DNA from: a virus
Lineage: Duplodnaviria > Caudoviricetes
Length of the DNA: 64,000 nucleotides
Virus record (IMG/VR): IMGVR_UViG_3300048861_000043
Span: 3,178-67,177 of that record
Direction: 5' to 3' (one strand)
The notes under the pieces: model-generated
Seen by the model: the letters and a program-made list of their open reading frames with translations, nothing else
Databases searched by the model: none
What the model was told of the DNA's origin: nothing
Program-made: the position numbers and the translations under genes
In this document: one piece after another, positions 1-8,042 of the stretch
Position numbering within the stretch: the stretch's first letter is position 1
Layout: each line of letters opens with the position of its first letter

Positions 1-969
1 CGTGCCGGCGTTCAGATACCGGCCCGCGACGACATTTACCCCTGCTCGCTGGTTGCCCGGATCGGCACCGTTGCCGTCGACATCCACTTCGACTCCGATC
101 CGCGCAGAAGGAGAGACGCCGCCCGATTCATCCTGAACCTGCAGCACTCCGCCCCACGTCGGCCCGGTAGTCGAAGTAACGGCGTTACCTTGCCCATAAA
201 CTGCGACGTTCTCGCCTGCAGTCGCGGAGTTGTTCATCTGCGACAGGAAGGCCCATTCGAACGTCGTCGGTCCCGCACTGACGTTGTCTATCACTTTAAC
301 CGTGTTGTCGACATTCCCCGGCGTGCCGCCCGTATAGGTAGCATTGCGGATGAAGTAAGTCGACGGACCGTCAACCGGGTTGGTGCTGTTATTCGTCGTG
401 AATGTGTTCCCATCACCCGTTACATTAAAAGGAGATGTGAACGAGGGGGATACCAGAGGCGCATACGTGCCCGCTACCGATGACGCGCTGATAAGGCCGC
501 CGGAGCCCGTAACTGCCGAACCGAGGGCGGCGGCCACGCCCGCGCCAAGTCCGGACACGCCGGTCGAGATGGGCAGGCCCGTACCGTTGGTCAGCGTAAC
601 AGCCGATGGCGCGCCGAGATTGGGCGTTGTGAATACCGGCGACGTCGACAGGGCAATGCCGCCCGAGCCCGTTACCGCATTGCTCAACGCAGTCGCCACC
701 CCCGTTCCGAGGCCGCTCAAGCCCGCCACCGGAAGGCCTGTCGCATTCGTGAGAGCGACTGCCGATGGCACACCGAGATTTGGTGTAACCAGAGTCGGCG
801 AGTTCGAGAGAACAGCCGAGCCCGTACCGGTCGAGCTAGTTGCGCCTGTGCCGCCGTTCGCTGCAGTTAGCGGGTTTTGCAGCGTCAGGCTATTGAACGT
901 CGGCGTCGGGAAGGTCTGGGCAAGCGCCATCACTGGCGCGGCAAGCGCCAGAAGAATGATTTTCTTCAT
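1..969 (-). CDS. Fibre/adhesin-like G/S/T-rich protein with Sec-type signal peptide, 3' end outside window
   Basis: Own translation from ATG 969: MKKIILLALAAPVMALAQTFPTPTF...; open to window edge; ~53-aa internal tandem repeat (PNLG.PSAV.LTN.TGLP...AVTGSGG); absent from ORF track. Confidence 0.8.
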   Translation of the reverse strand, partial: MKKIILLALAAPVMALAQTFPTPTFNSLTLQNPLTAANGGTGATSSTGTGSAVLSNSPTLVTPNLGVPSAVALTNATGLPVAGLSGLGTGVATALSNAVTGSGGIALSTSPVFTTPNLGAPSAVTLTNGTGLPISTGVSGLGAGVAAALGSAVTGSGGLISASSVAGTYAPLVSPSFTSPFNVTGDGNTFTTNNSTNPVDGPSTYFIRNATYTGGTPGNVDNTVKVIDNVSAGPTTFEWAFLSQMNNSATAGENVAVYGQGNAVTSTTGPTWGGVLQVQDESGGVSPSARIGVEVDVDGNGADPGNQRAGVNVVAGRYLNAGT

Positions 970-976
970 TGATTGT

Positions 977-1201
977 CTACGAGAGGGAAATTACGCCTGC
1001 GTTATTCCAGACAACGCCAGCAGTGGTGGGCTCAGTGGTGGACAATGTCGATGCCCATGCGGTCGATGAACCGGAATTGAGGATCGTTGCGAGCTCGGAT
1101 AGCGGCATCGTGCATTTGGCAATCTGGCCGTTTTGTTCCTGGTAGATCGTGATTGTTTCGGCACCGGTCAGGGGCTGCGGAAGGCCGTATATTTCTGTCA
1201 T
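977..1201 (-). CDS. Small tail-associated protein
   Basis: 74 aa in tail operon; ends GVVWNNAGVISLS, a motif shared with the DUF2612 protein. Confidence 0.7.
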   Translation of the reverse strand: MTEIYGLPQPLTGAETITIYQEQNGQIAKCTMPLSELATILNSGSSTAWASTLSTTEPTTAGVVWNNAGVISLS

Positions 1202-1203
1202 TC

Positions 1204-1425
1204 TTATTCCTGAATAGCGACAGTAGTTTTGCTTGCAACCAATTCCCCATCGCTTACCGCCCAGCCATTAGGGTTGGAGAAATGCGCCGACCACTGCTCA
1301 GATGTGACTTCGATAAGATTCGCGTTCGATGGGAGGGATGGATATTCGAGAGCGGACGTGTCATACCAGCCGGTTACAGGGGCAGGTTGTGGCGCGCCCG
1401 GATCAAATTGTGCGAAAAGTGCCAT
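1204..1425 (-). CDS. Tail fibre assembly/chaperone-like protein
   Basis: 73 aa directly after fibre gene; GWYD...LIEVT..QW pattern typical of fibre assembly proteins. Confidence 0.6.
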   Translation of the reverse strand: MALFAQFDPGAPQPAPVTGWYDTSALEYPSLPSNANLIEVTSEQWSAHFSNPNGWAVSDGELVASKTTVAIQE

Positions 1426-2441
1426 TAGTAACCCACTGCCTCATAAAAGATCTGATTGGTAACCGTTGTAGCGTTGCCGATGAGTATCGTGGAAAGCGTG
1501 CCGGGCTGAGACCCGCATGCCTGGCCGGCGCCGGGAGAAGCACCGTAAGAACAGACAGACGACAGAAAAGCGTTCGGGAAAGCAATAGGAATGGTCACAG
1601 ACTGACCGGATCCATTCCCCAGCACTGCACTTCCCCACTGCTTTATGAAAAATCCCGTTGGACTGTTTGGGTCCGGGTATTTCTTGAACCCATTGGCAGT
1701 TAGGGAGCTAGGAAATTGACCTTGGTTGACGGCGTGCCCGCTCTGAAAGCCCGCGCCAACCTGAAGCGCATCGACGACGACATTCGTCCCATTGCCGCGC
1801 AATACCGTCTTGCTACCTTGCGACAGTGTGACGGCCGTGCCGCCGCTGACCACAGCCGATACCGAGAACGCGCCATTGGTCGAGTTGGCAACCGTCCATT
1901 GCTGCGTGATCGCGGGGAAGGTCAAGACGACGTTGCCCGTCAGCGTCCCGGTGAGAGCGATGATCGGCTTCGAGTATTGGGCTGCAGACAACGTGACGTT
2001 GGCGTTGGTGAGCGCAATAAATACCGCGCCCGAGAAGAACATCGGCAACCAGTTAGCGCCGCCGGCATCCGGGTTCGATACATTGTTGTCCGTGAGCGAG
2101 CGCCAGAAGCCCGTACCGTCTGCGCTCTGCAAAATCGCACCATTGGGATAGCCGCCGATGGCCGTTGCGAAAGCCGAGTTGTAGATAGGTTGGCCGCCGA
2201 CCTGTTGCCATTGAACGCCAGCAGAGATCTGATTCAGAATTCCGTTGACGTCTTGGCCCCAGGGGGGTGTACCGCCAGCGGCGACGGGCGAGAAGGTGGC
2301 TGGCGGGAAACCATCGTGAAGTGACGCTGCGCCGGCAGTTATCCCCACCTGAGAATTTGTGGGGATGGCCCTAATAAAACCAGCGCCAGCCGAATTAGCA
2401 AACGGCGCTACGAAGCTAACGGGAGAAGATGAGGCTTGCAT
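1425..2441 (-). CDS. Tail fibre protein
   Basis: N-terminal PFANSAG...GFPP.TF..VAAGG.PP.GQD.NGILN anchor; C-terminal gp53-like IKQWG...FPNAF module; follows baseplate genes. Confidence 0.85.
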   Translation of the reverse strand: MQASSSPVSFVAPFANSAGAGFIRAIPTNSQVGITAGAASLHDGFPPATFSPVAAGGTPPWGQDVNGILNQISAGVQWQQVGGQPIYNSAFATAIGGYPNGAILQSADGTGFWRSLTDNNVSNPDAGGANWLPMFFSGAVFIALTNANVTLSAAQYSKPIIALTGTLTGNVVLTFPAITQQWTVANSTNGAFSVSAVVSGGTAVTLSQGSKTVLRGNGTNVVVDALQVGAGFQSGHAVNQGQFPSSLTANGFKKYPDPNSPTGFFIKQWGSAVLGNGSGQSVTIPIAFPNAFLSSVCSYGASPGAGQACGSQPGTLSTILIGNATTVTNQIFYEAVGY

Positions 2442-2454
2442 AGGTTCTCGATGG

Positions 2455-3309
2455 TCAAGCTATTGATACGACGCCGGAGTTATTCCAAAGCTGTCCGTTA
2501 CTAATTCCAGAAAGGCTTAGAGGGAGATTTGCGCCGCCCAGCGCGAGGAGTTGCGAGGCGCTTGTGGTGGCCAGAAATACGGGCGGCGCAGCCGGATTGG
2601 GCGTGGTCGTTCCGGCTACGCACACGACACCACCATTGCTATAGAGCGCCCCAGCCGAGAGACCGGATGGCGATGTGGGCCAGCCAAAGATTCCCTGTCC
2701 CAACGTGACTACGCCGCCATCGTTCACCAGACCAATCTGGATGATGGTGACCTGAACGCCAGCGGGGCGCGGCAGCACTCCGGATTGAGCGACGATGGCG
2801 AACTGGACCGGGCTCAGTTGGAATTCGAACGTGTACGTCATGGTCATGTCCTGACCATCGGTACACCAGCAATCCCCGGATGACCCGAACAGGGCCATCA
2901 GAATCTGATTGATCGACGGGATAGAGCCGTTCGTAATGTTGGCTGCTGCTTTGGCGAGGATCAGCGTTCGGAATGCGTCATCAGTTAAGGCAAAATTTGA
3001 TGTGGTCGCCCCGCCAGAAAAGAAAGGAGCTTGACCGAATGGCGTTTCAACAGTCGGGTCGCCCGCCTCTTCAAAGCCGAGAAATTGACCGCTTGAGACT
3101 TGGAGGACGCGATTCACGCCCACGATGCGGCCCCACACGTCGAGCCCATAACCAACGGCAGTACTGATATCCCAAACATTGTTTATGAAGGCCTCAATGT
3201 TCGCGCTCGGATTGACCGCATCATTGAAGCTTTCGACCAGGCTAAGGATTACGGGTGAATTAGCGAACTGGCTTAATATGGTGTCCCGGAAATCGAAGGT
3301 ATCAGCCAT
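2455..3309 (-). CDS. DUF2612-like baseplate wedge protein with C-terminal extension
   Basis: TILSQFANSP...WDISTA.GYGLD.WGRIVG...L.D..FR.LI.AKA..NI signature; follows baseplate J. Confidence 0.85.
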   Translation of the reverse strand: MADTFDFRDTILSQFANSPVILSLVESFNDAVNPSANIEAFINNVWDISTAVGYGLDVWGRIVGVNRVLQVSSGQFLGFEEAGDPTVETPFGQAPFFSGGATTSNFALTDDAFRTLILAKAAANITNGSIPSINQILMALFGSSGDCWCTDGQDMTMTYTFEFQLSPVQFAIVAQSGVLPRPAGVQVTIIQIGLVNDGGVVTLGQGIFGWPTSPSGLSAGALYSNGGVVCVAGTTTPNPAAPPVFLATTSASQLLALGGANLPLSLSGISNGQLWNNSGVVSIA

Positions 3310-3310
3310 A

Positions 3311-4729
3311 TCAACTCAATGTCAGAATCACATTTGCCGCGGCGAAAGTCGGCTCCTGATTGATATTCATGGTCACGTCATTCTGGTTCGGAACGACACC
3401 GAACATCGTTTCACTCGTCACTGTTTGCGAAATGCTCACCGTCCACGACGTACCGCTACCAGCCGTGATCTGCGTGCCTGAGACAATGTTGCCCGCAGCA
3501 TCAGAGATGAATTGCCCGATCGCCAGCGCACCTGATGCAACGCTCGAGACTGTCAGCGTGGTCCCTGTTATGGATCCGGTGAATTGCGCAGACGGGTTGT
3601 TAATGCAGCCGATCTGAAGCGAGATGATCTGCGCCCACGGACCCAGCAATGCGATATCGGCATAGAACCGGCTCGCGAAGATTTCGGACCCAATGCGCGG
3701 TACCGTCCCGCCGTCCTGACCAGAAAAGGCTGTGTCAAGTGCTGCCTGAATCTGCGCCAGTGCGGTCGACGGAACAGCCGGACTGTTCTTTAGCGTGATC
3801 GCGAAGAAGATCGGCGTATTAACCGCGGTCTGGAATTTGACCGTGTAGCTCGGCGGCGTCGAATACTGCGGATTCGGGTCCGTGACCGTCACCGATGTGG
3901 TGCCGGTGTAGTTGCAGCCAGGCGGCTTCTTGTTCCATATTGCCTGACCCACTGCCAGTGGCGCGAAGCTACCAGCGACAGCGACATAGAGACTGTTCGC
4001 GTTGAGCGAGACGCCACCGATCGTCGCGGGAGTCGCTAATGGATTGTCGACCACGAAGGCATCGACTACACCCGGCACATTCAGCACGGCGCCAAGGATC
4101 GAGTCCAGCATGCCGACCGAGTTCAGCGCAACGCTTTGCTGCCGGCGAAGCTCGAAAGCAGCGCGGCTTTCAACATCGCGGCCAATGACGCCCGAGATGC
4201 ATGTGACGGAATCCCATCCGGGGATGGCCGAAAAGATCGAGACGCCATTGCTGGCCGGAACCGGAATAGGGCCGGTCGTCAGGCAGGCAAACGGAAGCGT
4301 GATGGCGCCGCCGCTTGCCGGAATCGTGCCCGTGGTAGTGCACGCATAGATGTTGCCGTCAGAATCTTTAATCTGAGCGGTGCCTGCCGGGATCGGTGTG
4401 TTCAGGCCCGAGCAGGAAATCTGCAGCGTCGTTGGCTGGGCAGCCAGTCGCGTCAGAAAGTAGATACGCCCAATTCCGTCCTGCAGGCGACCCGATGCGA
4501 AAGCGGGGTCTACGCCGTTTGCGAGGAAGAGAAATTGCGAATTCGCATCGCCAATGATCGCGGTTTCGCTTTGGGCGAGCTGGCCTTGCGGAGTCGTCAG
4601 AGATGGGTCTAGATTTCCACCAAAGGCGGTGTTGATATCTGTCTGCACGCCCGCCAGGATCGCTGACTCGGCAGGGGCAACGAATCCGGTCGGGCCGAAC
4701 GTCGGGAATGGAACGCTTGTGTTTGCCAT
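3311..4729 (-). CDS. Baseplate J/gp47-like protein
   Basis: TPQGQL...DP..ASGR.QD.IGRIY...GR..ESR..FE.RR motifs; position in baseplate cluster. Confidence 0.85.
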   Translation of the reverse strand: MANTSVPFPTFGPTGFVAPAESAILAGVQTDINTAFGGNLDPSLTTPQGQLAQSETAIIGDANSQFLFLANGVDPAFASGRLQDGIGRIYFLTRLAAQPTTLQISCSGLNTPIPAGTAQIKDSDGNIYACTTTGTIPASGGAITLPFACLTTGPIPVPASNGVSIFSAIPGWDSVTCISGVIGRDVESRAAFELRRQQSVALNSVGMLDSILGAVLNVPGVVDAFVVDNPLATPATIGGVSLNANSLYVAVAGSFAPLAVGQAIWNKKPPGCNYTGTTSVTVTDPNPQYSTPPSYTVKFQTAVNTPIFFAITLKNSPAVPSTALAQIQAALDTAFSGQDGGTVPRIGSEIFASRFYADIALLGPWAQIISLQIGCINNPSAQFTGSITGTTLTVSSVASGALAIGQFISDAAGNIVSGTQITAGSGTSWTVSISQTVTSETMFGVVPNQNDVTMNINQEPTFAAANVILTLS

Positions 4730-4740
4730 GAAGCGGCCAT

Positions 4741-4765
4741 AAAAAAAGCCACCCGTAGGCGGCTT
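4741..4765 (-). terminator. Intrinsic terminator-like hairpin inside late operon
   Basis: Minus strand AAGCCGCC-TACG-GGTGGCTTTTTTT. Confidence 0.65.
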
Positions 4766-4786
4766 GGTTAGCTTGAGTGGTCGCGC

Positions 4787-5137
4787 TTAGAAACTGGCTG
4801 CTGTCACATTGCCGGCGCTGTCGGTTACTTGAACCTGCCCGCGCAAAACGCGGTTCTCGAAGGATGTTATAAACACCTGAGCAGAGACGACGCCCGGCAC
4901 GGTCTCCGCAGCGTCAGCCATTTGGCTCTTGACGTATGCCAGAGTTGGGAGGTGGCCCAATATATTCTGGAAATAGGGTATTCCGAGCGTCGTGTTGTAA
5001 TATGCTTCTCCCGCAAACGTCTTGATGGCCGTCGCAGCCGATTGCGCCAGAGCATAAGGATCTGAAGCAAGAGCTATGTTGCCAAAGGCATCAATCGCCA
5101 AGTCCCACGATTGCGGATCGAGATAGAGGCTATCCAT
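4787..5137 (-). CDS. Baseplate wedge protein (gp25/W-like)
   Basis: 116 aa; WDL..D..GN.A...GE..Y.T..GIPY pattern; lies between spike and J. Confidence 0.7.
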   Translation of the reverse strand: MDSLYLDPQSWDLAIDAFGNIALASDPYALAQSAATAIKTFAGEAYYNTTLGIPYFQNILGHLPTLAYVKSQMADAAETVPGVVSAQVFITSFENRVLRGQVQVTDSAGNVTAASF

Positions 5138-5892
5138 CAGTTCGGCCCTCCGGTATTGCCGCCGCCAGTCTGTACGCCGCCGTGCGTATGCGTATGAACG
5201 CTTGTGCCTTGCGCGGTGACGTCCTGCGTCACATTGAGCGGACCTTGCATCGATGCATTACCGCCCAATGGTCCTTCGCCTTGCGTCATCTGACCATCGA
5301 TCTCGATCGCCGGCGCAGAGTTCGTGATCTCAGTTCCCGCGGTCAAGCCGATCGTTTCGGTGGCCTGCAGGACGATCGTCGGAGCCGACATGCTGATCTT
5401 CGTTGGCGATACGATCGATATGCCGCTCGACGAGAACGCTACATACTGGCTGGGCGTTCCGTTAAGGATCCCACCCATGTACACCGCATCCGCCATCGAG
5501 AACTTGCGCCGGCTGCCGGGATTGGCCTGCGCCTTCGTGGCCTTTACGCTCGAGATATCCCGATCGGCGAAGCCAGCCCATCCAATATCGCCGACTTGCG
5601 GGTCAAGGATGATCGCGTTTGCTCCACCCTGAAGGCGAAAGTAGGGAACATTGAAGATTTCCCCGTGCGGCATGGCATTGCCATACCCGTCTAGCTGATT
5701 CACCATCGGCTGCAGGCTCACGAAGCCAACTGGAGCAACGCCGCCGTCATTCGTGACGCTCAGCACCTTGCAGACCTGCATCGTGCGCACGCGGGCGAGG
5801 ATCGACCAGACCAGGAACGTGTTGGAGTTGAAGTCCGAACCGTTGTCTGTGGCTTCTGCCGTGCCGCGGTATCCGACCTGACTATTGGACAT
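5137..5892 (-). CDS. Baseplate central spike (Gp138/gpV-like)
   Basis: Start re-called at MSNSQ (5892); OB-fold N-terminus (PYFRLQGG...DPQVGD.G...FADRDIS); C-terminal HTHTHGGV metal-binding tip. Confidence 0.9.
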   Translation of the reverse strand: MSNSQVGYRGTAEATDNGSDFNSNTFLVWSILARVRTMQVCKVLSVTNDGGVAPVGFVSLQPMVNQLDGYGNAMPHGEIFNVPYFRLQGGANAIILDPQVGDIGWAGFADRDISSVKATKAQANPGSRRKFSMADAVYMGGILNGTPSQYVAFSSSGISIVSPTKISMSAPTIVLQATETIGLTAGTEITNSAPAIEIDGQMTQGEGPLGGNASMQGPLNVTQDVTAQGTSVHTHTHGGVQTGGGNTGGPN

Positions 5893-6745
5893 CTGCCGGA
5901 ATCCCGAGAATGTGCGTAAACCACTGACCGCCCGGTGTCTCGCTCTCAAGCGAATGGGAAATCTGCGTGGCGATCCACTGACCGCACGCGGCCTGGATGG
6001 AGCTCTGAACCTGAATCTTTCCGCCGATCACGACCGATGGATTGAAGATTGTCGTCAGCATCAGGCCGTTGCTCGAGAATGCCGGATAGCCGACCATTCC
6101 CGTTTCTGGAGATATGAGCGTAACTCCTGAGTTTCGAGTGCCGCCCTTCGGCCAGATGTACAGAACGCCTGTATCGATCGTGAAATTGATGTCAGCCGCA
6201 TCGGCGCATTCTCGAATCTGATTGAGTGCCGTGCCAGGGAAATACGGGTTGGCGAGTTGGACAGAAACGCCGTTGTTCACGAACCCGACGCCGGCCAGCG
6301 TCGCCAGTTGTTGCATGATCGTGCCGACGTCCGCGCTTCCCGGATAACTGGACGCGGCGATCGGCTTCAGAGACGCGGCGAGGCCGCCTATCGCGGAGAT
6401 GTTCAGCGCCGCATCCGGAAGGCGATTGAAGTCGCCCCAAGCCTGCCATATGTTCCCGCTGTAGATCGTCGTCAGTGCTTTGCCCTCATCACCGACCGCG
6501 ACCAGCACTGAGTTCCTGAACAGCACGGACGAGTTGATTGGGCCGATTGCCGTCAACTGGTTGATCATCGACAGCGGCAGACCGTACACCAGCAACTGTA
6601 CCTGAGGCATGGCGTCGCCACCGAACTGCTGGATTTCCGCCCTGACCCGAAGGCCGGTCAATGTCACCGTGTTTGCGCCCGTCTCGCCGAATTGCCCTGT
6701 ACCGAGGCTCACCGTGAGAACAATCTCTTTGCGGGCGAAAGTCAT
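5882..6745 (-). CDS. Baseplate hub protein
   Basis: 287 aa; ISP.TGM.GYP..S.NG motif; precedes spike. Confidence 0.75.
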   Translation of the reverse strand: MTFARKEIVLTVSLGTGQFGETGANTVTLTGLRVRAEIQQFGGDAMPQVQLLVYGLPLSMINQLTAIGPINSSVLFRNSVLVAVGDEGKALTTIYSGNIWQAWGDFNRLPDAALNISAIGGLAASLKPIAASSYPGSADVGTIMQQLATLAGVGFVNNGVSVQLANPYFPGTALNQIRECADAADINFTIDTGVLYIWPKGGTRNSGVTLISPETGMVGYPAFSSNGLMLTTIFNPSVVIGGKIQVQSSIQAACGQWIATQISHSLESETPGGQWFTHILGIPADVQ

Positions 6746-7068
6746 TCGAGGTCGGCAGGCGAGAGGTACAAAAAGAGGTATCGGGTTCCGAGACCAGGGC
6801 TAGATGGATCCAACCCGGTGCTCGGCGGAGTCGTGGTCCCTTGCGTGTCAAAGAAGCAGAGGTCGCCCACAAACCCAAGATACGCGTCGCGAACGATGCG
6901 ATTCAGATTCTGGCAAATCACACCGGTAATGATCGCAACGTTATTCACGAACAAATCGCAGTACAGGTGGTTTTCCGACTTCTGATACAGATTAATCTGT
7001 GTGTTCTGGCCGCCAAGCTGGACCGTCAAGGTCTGCGAGAACGTGTCTTGAATCGGAATGGTCTGCAT
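6742..7068 (-). CDS. Baseplate plug-like protein
   Basis: 108 aa; IP.Q...SQ...V.L.GQ...I.L...YLGF.GDL.F.D; coupled to hub gene. Confidence 0.7.
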   Translation of the reverse strand: MQTIPIQDTFSQTLTVQLGGQNTQINLYQKSENHLYCDLFVNNVAIITGVICQNLNRIVRDAYLGFVGDLCFFDTQGTTTPPSTGLDPSSPGLGTRYLFLYLSPADLE

Positions 7069-7108
7069 TTCTTAACGGTCCAATCGGGCCACAAACATAG
7101 AGGTAACA

Positions 7109-7420
7109 ATGCTTCGCTACGTAATTGCTATTGCCCTTGCGCTGCCCATCGCGGCTCATGCTGAAGTGACCGCAGATCAGCAAAGGATGCACGAATGCGG
7201 AATGGAGGGACTTGTATTTCAGATGGCCGCGACTTTCCGTGATAGCGGATGGTCGGCGCAGTATTCTTACGACTACCTGCGCAAGGCCAAGTACGACGGC
7301 GTCGACGATGCCTTCATCAAGAAGGCCGTCAATCTTGTCTACTTCGACGAACACTTTGCCTATGCGCGCGGTGCAATGCTTGCGCAGCAGGTAATTCAAG
7401 CCTGCTATCAGCCCAGTTAG
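7109..7420 (+). CDS. Moron: secreted/periplasmic protein with signal peptide
   Basis: Antisense to tail operon; GAGG RBS; MLRYVIAIALALPIAAHA signal peptide; two Cys. Confidence 0.8.
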   Translation: MLRYVIAIALALPIAAHAEVTADQQRMHECGMEGLVFQMAATFRDSGWSAQYSYDYLRKAKYDGVDDAFIKKAVNLVYFDEHFAYARGAMLAQQVIQACYQPS

Positions 7421-7439
7421 TCGCGGCCCGTGGAATAAC

Positions 7440-8042
7440 TCACTGCAGGGCAGATACGCTGATCTGCGGAGTCGGAACGGCCGTAGCCTGCACCTGACCG
7501 TCATTGACCGGGTCAGCACCGCTTGGCGCGGCCGTGTTGTTGTTCGAGAACGCCGCAGTCGCGGTGACGCGGACTTCCTCGAGCTGAAGATCAATTGAGA
7601 TCAGGCCAACCCCATTCGTTGACGTCCGGCTGATCGCATAGCTGGTGAAGTTGACGCTCTGGATCAGCGCACCTTCCGGCATCACGATGTTGTACAGGTT
7701 GAGCGACTTCGCCGCCGCCGCAACCTGCACCAGGAACGCGTGTCGCTCGGAGTCGGTGCCACCCTTGGATAGCCGAATCCGCGTATCACTCGGGAGCCCA
7801 ACCTTGTTATAGGACTGGAACGCTCCCTGTTCGACGGGGTAATTCGGAATCTTCCAGTCCCGCCTGAAGTCAAGGCTAATCATCGAATCCGGTTGGAGCG
7901 CGATCGACCCGTCCGGGTTGAACACCCCCCACTTCGGCCCGGCAAACAGGCCGAGAATGATCTCGGCGTCAGCCACAAGCAGAGCGGCCGTATTGACGAC
8001 ATTGACAACCTGGCCCAGAAGTGACGGGATACCGTTTGCCAT
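7440..8042 (-). CDS. Tail tube initiator/baseplate protein
   Basis: YPVEQGAFQSYNKV motif; immediately after tape measure. Confidence 0.75.
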   Translation of the reverse strand: MANGIPSLLGQVVNVVNTAALLVADAEIILGLFAGPKWGVFNPDGSIALQPDSMISLDFRRDWKIPNYPVEQGAFQSYNKVGLPSDTRIRLSKGGTDSERHAFLVQVAAAAKSLNLYNIVMPEGALIQSVNFTSYAISRTSTNGVGLISIDLQLEEVRVTATAAFSNNNTAAPSGADPVNDGQVQATAVPTPQISVSALQ

